64,000 bases of DNA, from NCBI GenBank assembly GCA_038204425.1, contig JBBRCZ010000004.1, positions 134,585 to 198,584 of the forward strand, given 5' to 3'. Positions 58,092-64,000 of this stretch are shown piece by piece. The DNA is from Spirochaetia bacterium (GTDB lineage Bacteria; Spirochaetota; Spirochaetia; DSM-27196; Salinispiraceae). Within the stretch, counting starts at the first letter, position 1, and each line of letters starts with the position of its first letter. Made by a program: the position numbers and the translations under genes. The notes below the pieces were generated by a model. It was given only the letters and a program-made list of their open reading frames with translations. It did not search any database and had not been told where the DNA came from.

Positions 58092-59231
58092 ATGCAAACT
58101 AAAGAGGATATTGGGGTTTTGATCATCGACGACTCGGCGCTGATGAGAAACTTGATAGCAAGAATTGTACAGTCCTCACCGGGATTGACGGTGCTTGGCA
58201 CTGCTATGAACGGCCGCTTTGCTTTAACAAAGATACCAACGTTCAAACCTGACGTTATTGTCTTGGATCTAGAAATGCCAGAGATGAACGGCATCGATCT
58301 ACTCAAAGAACTCAAAGCACGTAAGATCACTATTCCGGTTGTTATTTTGTCATCGATAGCCAAAAAGGGCGCGGCAGTGACGCTCGAGGCGCTCAACCTT
58401 GGTGCTTGTGATTTTGTCACCAAGCCGTCGGGAGCCGTGTCCGAAGACATTGGCACCATAGCAGGTCAGCTAACCGACTTGTTGCATTACTTTGGCAACA
58501 AATATCAAAAAGAACATCCGCTGTCTAAACGTGAGCTCAGCCCTGAGCCACTGGGTTTTGATGCCAGTCAAACGATGGTCTTGCCCAAACGAGAAACGAG
58601 CTCCGACCTTGAGCAAGTGCCACATTTTAAACCCGAAAACAAACCCGGTAAGTTAGAAGTGATAGCAATTGGGATTTCGACAGGCGGCCCAAGTGCGCTG
58701 CGGCGCGTCTTTGCAGAACTTAGCAAGGACCTGACGGTGCCAATTTTGGTTGTGCAACATATGCCAGCTGGCTTTACGACCGAGTTTGCCAAGAGTCTTG
58801 ACAGAATTTGCGGGCTAGAAGTCAAAGAAGCCAGCGACGGTGATTTGATAATTCCTGGTCGGATTTTTATTGCGCCAGGAGACCATCATATAAAAGTGGA
58901 ACATCGCTCATTGGGCAAGGTGATACGACTAGACAAGGGCAGCAACGTTAACGGTCACCGACCGTCTGCAGACGTGTTGTTTGCATCCGTAGCCGAAGTC
59001 TATGGCAACAGAGCCTTGGGTTTGATTATGACCGGCATGGGTCGAGACGGAGCTCGCAACTTGGGCTTGATCTACAAGGCCGGTGGCATTACCTTAGCCC
59101 AAGACGAGGCCAGCTCAGTGGTATTTGGCATGCCGCGTGTAGCTTACGAATATGGCTATGTACACGAGCAAGTGGCGCTGAGTGCTGTTGCCGGCACCAT
59201 TGGCCGTTATGCCAGTGAACTTACCGGATAG
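58092..59231 (+). CDS. cheB: chemotaxis response regulator methylesterase
   Basis: REC + GISTGGP, VQHMP, HRPSAD, MTGMGRDG, VFGMP; start MQTKED at 58092. Confidence 0.96.
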   Translation: MQTKEDIGVLIIDDSALMRNLIARIVQSSPGLTVLGTAMNGRFALTKIPTFKPDVIVLDLEMPEMNGIDLLKELKARKITIPVVILSSIAKKGAAVTLEALNLGACDFVTKPSGAVSEDIGTIAGQLTDLLHYFGNKYQKEHPLSKRELSPEPLGFDASQTMVLPKRETSSDLEQVPHFKPENKPGKLEVIAIGISTGGPSALRRVFAELSKDLTVPILVVQHMPAGFTTEFAKSLDRICGLEVKEASDGDLIIPGRIFIAPGDHHIKVEHRSLGKVIRLDKGSNVNGHRPSADVLFASVAEVYGNRALGLIMTGMGRDGARNLGLIYKAGGITLAQDEASSVVFGMPRVAYEYGYVHEQVALSAVAGTIGRYASELTG

Positions 59232-59258
59232 GCAAAGCCAGAAAGTAGACTTGATTTT

Positions 59259-59963
59259 ATGACCTCAGAGAAAGAACTTATTGAAGCTGTCTGGCTTGGA
59301 ACTATGGACTACCAAGAGGCCTTTGCCTTGCAAAAACAGCTATCTGCAGCTCGCCTTAACGAGCAGATCGGCGATCGTTTACTTTTTTTAGAACACCCTG
59401 CTGTCTATACCCTTGGTAAGAGAGCCACAGAAAGTGACTTTGTAGTTGACCGTGAGAGCTTAATCCAGCAGGGTTTTTCGATAGTAGAAAGTAGCCGCGG
59501 TGGCCAGATTACCTACCATGGTCCCGGGCAGCTTGTGGTCTATTTTATAGTGCATCTCTACAAGGACAGTCGCGAGCTGCGGCGTCTTGTCAACGACATT
59601 GAAGAAGCAGTAATTGCTCTGCTTGCCAAATATAGCATAGAAGCGTCAATTGACCCTGACAACCCGGGCGTGTGGGTAGCAAACCAAAAGATTGCCGCGA
59701 TTGGTTTGGCTGTCCACAACCGCATAACCATGCATGGGTTGGCACTCAACGTTAAACCTGACCTTAGTCACTTTAATAATATTATAGCCTGCGGCATCCG
59801 TGACCGCGGTCAGACCTCACTGGCAGAGCTTTGCAAGCAGGCAAGTCATGCTACAGATGCATTATTGCCATTGCGCACAATCGCACACCAACTTGCGCGT
59901 GAACTGGCACAAAGACTCAACTATAGTCAGCTAGGTTGGTTGGAAGATCCAAGAGGCACGTAG
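59259..59963 (+). CDS. lipB: lipoyl(octanoyl) transferase
   Basis: LEHPAVYTLG, RGGQITYHGPGQ, KIAAIG, HGLALN, IIACG. Confidence 0.95.
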   Translation: MTSEKELIEAVWLGTMDYQEAFALQKQLSAARLNEQIGDRLLFLEHPAVYTLGKRATESDFVVDRESLIQQGFSIVESSRGGQITYHGPGQLVVYFIVHLYKDSRELRRLVNDIEEAVIALLAKYSIEASIDPDNPGVWVANQKIAAIGLAVHNRITMHGLALNVKPDLSHFNNIIACGIRDRGQTSLAELCKQASHATDALLPLRTIAHQLARELAQRLNYSQLGWLEDPRGT

Positions 59964-59993
59964 GTAGTTTTTGGCAAATGTGGCGGCTAAGTA

Positions 59994-60845
59994 TTAGTCA
60001 GCAGGGGATTCTTCTTCTGGCAAAGACGACTGAGCAGGGTCTGCTTTTTGCTTACATGGCAGACGAAACGGTTCAATCTTGATCGCCTTGCCGTGGTCAT
60101 CTAGCTCAACAAAACAACCTTGAACCTCGAGTCCTTCCCAAGATTCAAACGATCTCTGCGGTACGCCGAGCATAAACTGGTCAATTTCAATTGTTGGATC
60201 AAAGCCACCGACGCTTAGTATGCTGCCGGTTCTGCCACAATCGCTGATGACTGCCGTTCCACCGGGCAAAATTTCTGCGTCAGCTGTTTGGGCTTTGATA
60301 CCCGAGCCAAGAACGGCAGAGAGCTTGCCGTCGGCAAAGTAGTTCATGGTTGCTTTTTCCGCAGTCGTTACGGAATGAAAATCCAAAACAACATAGGGCG
60401 TTTCTGCAAGCACGCGTTTGGTGATTTCGGGCAAGAAAGTGTAAGGGTTACTCAGGTGGACGCGATTAAAGCCAGAAAGACCCAAGAGACTGATTACGGC
60501 GAGCTTTTTTTCTTTGTTGTCTGCCACCTGGTGGACACGCCAACCCCTGCCAGGATTGCCGGGTGGGTAGTTGGCTGGGCGGATAACGTGCCAAGTCTGG
60601 TCAAAAGTAGCCACCAGATCCTTCTTGTAATAGGTTTGATCGCCACCGCTGATTACGTCGATGCCAATCTTGCGAAGGTACATAGCATGATTTTTGCCAA
60701 TGCCAAAGCCATTGGTTACACCGTCCCCATTGCCAATGATGACTTCGGGTTTAAAACGTTCCTTGAGCTCAGGAAGCATGGTCTTGAGTGCAAAAATCCC
60801 CGGTTTGCCAACGATTTCCGCTATGTACAGTAAGCGCAGTCCCAT
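59994..60845 (-). CDS. YmdB/TIGR00282-like metallophosphoesterase, degenerate
   Basis: IVGKPG, RPANYP.GNPGRG, DFH..TTAEK, QTAD..ILPGGTA; metal ligands altered. Confidence 0.8.
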   Translation of the reverse strand: MGLRLLYIAEIVGKPGIFALKTMLPELKERFKPEVIIGNGDGVTNGFGIGKNHAMYLRKIGIDVISGGDQTYYKKDLVATFDQTWHVIRPANYPPGNPGRGWRVHQVADNKEKKLAVISLLGLSGFNRVHLSNPYTFLPEITKRVLAETPYVVLDFHSVTTAEKATMNYFADGKLSAVLGSGIKAQTADAEILPGGTAVISDCGRTGSILSVGGFDPTIEIDQFMLGVPQRSFESWEGLEVQGCFVELDDHGKAIKIEPFRLPCKQKADPAQSSLPEEESPAD

Positions 60846-60979
60846 CTTGTCCCCTGCTTTTTTAATAAATGTGTGTTCAATATACCGGTATTGCCCTATA
60901 GTTGCTATGGACGCAATTGCCGACAGGAATTGCTAGTGACTGCCCAAAAAGGAGTCAGAACCAAAAGGAGGACATTTTT

Positions 60980-61501
60980 ATGTCTCACAAAGAATTTCCT
61001 AATATTCAAGAAATACTCGACCAAGTATTTACCGCAGCGCAAGAAATCCGACACGCCGTTGTCAATGAGATGGGACTTGGCGCCCACGCCAACATGGCAG
61101 AAGACTGGTTTGAAAACCGCGACTACTACCCCAGCTACTCTTACCCACCCTTAAATGTTTTTTTGACCGCCGACAAGTCAATGGTTTTTCAGATTGCCCT
61201 AGCTGGTTTTGCAGAAAAAGACGTCAACCTTGAGTTTAGAGCAGACTACATGATCTTTAGTGCCAACGCCCCCGAAACCTTTGAACCCGACGATAGTGTT
61301 CGTTACTTTAAGAGACGCCTCAAACTAAAGAGCATTACTGAACAACGCTATTTTGTGCCAGCAGAAAAGTTTAACCAAGAAAACGTAAAAGCCGTACTAA
61401 AAAACGCCATCTTGACCATTACCATCCCAGCCAAAGAAGAAATAAAAGAAGCCAGCGGCAGACCAATCAACATAGTAAAAGAGTCACCCAACGAAAAGTA
61501 A
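60980..61501 (+). CDS. Hsp20/alpha-crystallin family small heat-shock protein
   Basis: YPPLNV, IALAGF, AVLKNAILTITIP; ATG 60980 below AGGAGG. Confidence 0.85.
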   Translation: MSHKEFPNIQEILDQVFTAAQEIRHAVVNEMGLGAHANMAEDWFENRDYYPSYSYPPLNVFLTADKSMVFQIALAGFAEKDVNLEFRADYMIFSANAPETFEPDDSVRYFKRRLKLKSITEQRYFVPAEKFNQENVKAVLKNAILTITIPAKEEIKEASGRPINIVKESPNEK

Positions 61502-61534
61502 AGCCCAAGCCAAACCAGCCTAGTCTTCCCACTA

Positions 61535-61564
61535 TTGACAGTCGCTCAAAAGCACCTGTACAAT
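61535..61564 (+). promoter_or_regulatory. sigma70 promoter TTGACA-18-TACAAT with GC-rich discriminator, for tRNA-Leu
   Basis: Near-perfect consensus 12 nt above the tRNA. Confidence 0.75.
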
Positions 61565-61576
61565 TCCGCCACCATT

Positions 61577-61658
61577 GCCCAAGTGGCGGAATTGGTAGAC
61601 GCGCTAGTTTCAGGTACTAGTATCGCAAGATGTGGGGGTTCGAGTCCCTTCTCGGGCA
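61577..61658 (+). tRNA. tRNA-Leu(CAG), CCA not encoded
   Basis: GCCCAAG acceptor, D-loop GGAATTGGTAGAC, anticodon stem CTAGT/ACTAG with loop TTCAGGT, long variable arm, GGTTCGAGTCC, discriminator A. Confidence 0.95.
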
Positions 61659-61666
61659 CAAATGTT

Positions 61667-61698
61667 AAAACAGCACCAGTATTGGTGCTGTTTTTTTT
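61667..61698 (+). terminator. intrinsic terminator after tRNA-Leu
   Basis: AAAACAGCACCA-GTAT-TGGTGCTG followed by T8. Confidence 0.9.
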
Positions 61699-61716
61699 GC
61701 CCTAGAGGGCGGAATC

Positions 61717-62061
61717 TGTCAACATAGTTCTTGCTTCAAGTAAGGTTTCATTGCGGGTCTGATAGATTTCTAGAGCCTGACCTGTCTGGGCCTGCCAAGG
61801 AGTGACATAGTCCAGTCCCGAGTGCATATGCTGGTGGTTGTAACTATCGACAAAGTCAGCCAACCAAGTACGGGCGTGTTCCAAAGACGTGAAGGCGGCA
61901 GGGTAACCGACGGTGTACTTCTAGGTTTTGTGCCAGGCCTCGATGAACACATTGTCGTTGGTCATAGTGATCAAGTCCTGCTCCCAAAGGGATAAGTGCT
62001 GAGAATGCAAGCCGTTCATCCGTAGCCATTCGCCAAGAGCATCCTCAGCCAAACCCTTGCT
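61717..62061 (-). mobile_element. internally deleted IS3-family remnant (orfA fragment fused to orfB C-terminus, in-frame stop)
   Basis: SKGLAEDALGEWLRMNGLHSQHLSLWEQDL-ITMT-NDNVFIEAWHKT*KY...YNHQHMHSGLDYVTP; end TGTCAACATAG at 61717. Confidence 0.8.
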
Positions 62062-62099
62062 TGAGAATGGAGCTTCGAAATCCATCCGTATACTTCATC

Positions 62100-62363
62100 A
62101 GTTATCGCCTCTTTCTGGCGAAAACTATCATGACAGATATTGGCTTCGCCGCAGAAAGAAAAAACCCACTTGATGGTTTTGTTGAGGTCAACAAAACGAT
62201 ACCTATACCCAAAAGTGCGGCTAAAGAAATTACTGATTTTATTCTTACTAGCTATGCCTGTTACCTGATAGCTCAAAATAGCGCCCCGCGTAAAGAGGCG
62301 ATTGCATTTGCCCAGAGTTACTTTGCTATTCAAATGAAGAAAAGAAACTGGAAAAAACAATAA
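62100..62363 (+). pseudogene. DNA-damage-inducible protein D (DinD-like) fragment; 5' boundary approximate
   Basis: FVEVNKTI...DFILTSYACYLIAQNSAPRKEAIAFAQSYFAIQ matches the DinD core; both ends missing. Confidence 0.7.
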
Positions 62364-62396
62364 AGAAACTTTTACCGGAAAATGGGAGCACAGACG

Positions 62397-62502
62397 ATGG
62401 CCAATAAACAAAAACTCCTACTCACCTAGATAGGTAAAAAAAATCGTCCACGTCTTAAACCGCGTATTCTTCTTGAAGACCCAAAGCAAAGCTATCACTC
62501 TC
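62397..62502 (+). pseudogene. N-terminal remnant of a type III R-M Mod-like DNA methyltransferase
   Basis: SD GGGAG; MANKQKLLLT*IGKKNRPRLKPRILLEDPKQSYHS resembles KQKLELTWIGKxxRPxLEPRILLEDP N-termini; Trp codon mutated to TAG; cut by an IS end. Confidence 0.65.
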
Positions 62503-62759
62503 TGTCAATATAGATGTTTCCTGAGGGAGGGTAACAATGAAATACAGCGAAGAGTTTCGGAATTTAGCTTAGAGGTAGGTGCTGCCGTCTGAGAGTCAGA
62601 GCATCTACTCGGTTGCAAAGGAGCTGGGTGTCAGCCAAGAAGGTCCAGAACCGACACCTGCTGCACGAGGTCCGTCGGAAAAGCTACGGTTGCTATTGGA
62701 GAGCAAGTCCCTGACGGAAGACCAAAAAGAGGACTGGTTGCGGCGCCACGGCATGCACA
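62503..62759 (+). mobile_element. IS3-family left end and degraded orfA
   Basis: Terminal TGTCAATATAG, SD GGGAGG, ATG 62537 MKYSEEFRNLA*R*VLPSESQSIYSVAKELGVS...EKLRLLLESKSLTEDQKEDWLRRHGMH. Confidence 0.75.
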
Positions 62760-64000
62760 TCACCCCTGACTCGTGAGCGCATACACCATGTCTCCGACAA
62801 ACCGTTTAAACGAGTCATTCTCCACGAACTGCTTGTAGACCTGCGTATCGTCCTTCAAGAGCAACTGCATCACCTTGCCGAGCGCCTGGTCGTGCGCCAT
62901 GCGCGCGGTGTGCGGCGTGTTCTCCTTGGCGTTCCGGTAGGCCGCGTTGGCGGCGACTTTCGGTGCGATGTCGTCGCGTATCCGCTTCGCCACGCGATCG
63001 GTGTCGCCGAACAACGTGCCGAACTGCTCGTTAAAGGTCTTGAGGATGTTGCTCAGGCGATCCAGCTCGGGCTCGGCCTTGCGACCTCCGGCGTCGGTCG
63101 GCACCGGCTCGATCTCGGCGTCCTGGTCCGCCAGCGCGATCTTCAGCACCGCCTTCTTCTCGACGCGGTAGCTGTCCATGTCGATCGCCTCGAGGATGCC
63201 CCAGGCTAGGTCTTCCTCCTGCGGGGCCGGCAGCTTCGGCAGCAGCAGGTTGAGCAGGATGGATAGCTTCTCCCACTCGACGTTGCTGTAGGGGATGACC
63301 GACGACAAGAATGCGTAGGTGCGACAGAACACCTTGGCCTTGCCCTTGAAATCCACCTGGCCGTCCTCGTCCAGTGTGCTGGAGTAGCCCGCCACGCATG
63401 CGTCGAGGATCGGGTCGAGCTGGTCGCGCTCCGCGTCCGCGAGGAACAGCGCCACGAAGCGGTTCACCTGCTCCGGCGAATACACCTGCGCCGCATCGAG
63501 CGCGGCCTTCAGATCGTGCAGCTTGTTGGGGTCGGTCTCCTCCGCGAGCAGCGTGGTGCGGAAGTAGTCCTGAAACGCAAACGTGATCGCCTCGCTGTTG
63601 TTCTGGAAGTCAAGCACGAAGCAGTCGCGCTTCTGCGGGTGCGCACGGTTGAGGCGAGAGAGGGTCTGCACGGCCTTGATGCTTGATAGCGGCTTGTCCA
63701 CATACATTGTGTGTAAAAGCGGTTCGTCGTATCCGGTTTGGAACTTGTCGGCACAGATCAGGAAGCGGTACGGCTCGGTCTGGATTTTGGCGGCAATGTC
63801 GTTGCTAGAAAATCCGTTGAGCGACGACTCGCTGACCCTCTCGCCGCCGTACTCGTGTTCGCCCGAGAACGCGACGATGGCCTGATACGGGCTCTTGCGC
63901 TCAACCAGATACGTCTTGAACGCGTGGAAGTACTGGATCGCCCGCTCGATGCCGCTGGTTACCACCATCGCCCGCGCTTCGCCGCCGATCTTGCTCGCGG
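62760..64000 (-). CDS. hsdR: type I restriction enzyme R subunit, C-terminal part (runs off window end)
   Basis: ARAMVVTSGI, FLICADKFQTGYDEPLLHTMYVDK, AVQTLSRLNR, VLDF helicase motifs; GC clearly higher than flanks. Confidence 0.92.
   Translation of the reverse strand, partial: ASKIGGEARAMVVTSGIERAIQYFHAFKTYLVERKSPYQAIVAFSGEHEYGGERVSESSLNGFSSNDIAAKIQTEPYRFLICADKFQTGYDEPLLHTMYVDKPLSSIKAVQTLSRLNRAHPQKRDCFVLDFQNNSEAITFAFQDYFRTTLLAEETDPNKLHDLKAALDAAQVYSPEQVNRFVALFLADAERDQLDPILDACVAGYSSTLDEDGQVDFKGKAKVFCRTYAFLSSVIPYSNVEWEKLSILLNLLLPKLPAPQEEDLAWGILEAIDMDSYRVEKKAVLKIALADQDAEIEPVPTDAGGRKAEPELDRLSNILKTFNEQFGTLFGDTDRVAKRIRDDIAPKVAANAAYRNAKENTPHTARMAHDQALGKVMQLLLKDDTQVYKQFVENDSFKRFVGDMVYALTSQG

Noticed and set aside
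62892..63885. Several overlapping ORFs within hsdR
   Set aside because: Artefacts of high GC (few stop codons) in alternative frames

Overview
Bacterial chromosomal segment, almost certainly from a free-living-type spirochete. Evidence: archaeal-type long PheS and short PheT, stand-alone EF-G1, the pyrG-lptCAB-rpoN-hpf-hprK-ptsH gene order, a degenerate YmdB paralog and many TPR/lipoproteins. GC is roughly mid-40s% by eye. About 61.5 kb is dense core genome: argA, trxA, leuS, pheA, oppA, carD, fusA, thrH, pheST, uvrC, holA, lexA, a sigma54 two-component system, cheR/cheB, lipB and an Hsp20 gene. It ends at tRNA-Leu(CAG), followed by a decayed island edge: two IS3 remnants, a dinD fragment, a type III Mod remnant and a high-GC type I hsdR cut by the window end. 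The best candidate for an undescribed system is a three-gene operon at 31612-35382, encoding a catalytically eroded PlsY-like membrane protein, a divergent NDK-fold protein, and a cNMP-binding domain fused to an AMP-nucleosidase/PNP-fold domain. About 2 kb away is a class III cyclase lacking the canonical adenine-selecting Lys. Other notable signals: an unannotated 53-aa basic Zn-ribbon gene with its own promoter and terminator, a probable ATT start codon, about ten genes with leaderless-type promoter architecture, a structured fusA leader and several pseudoenzymes. All family assignments come from motif recognition by eye; no searches were run.
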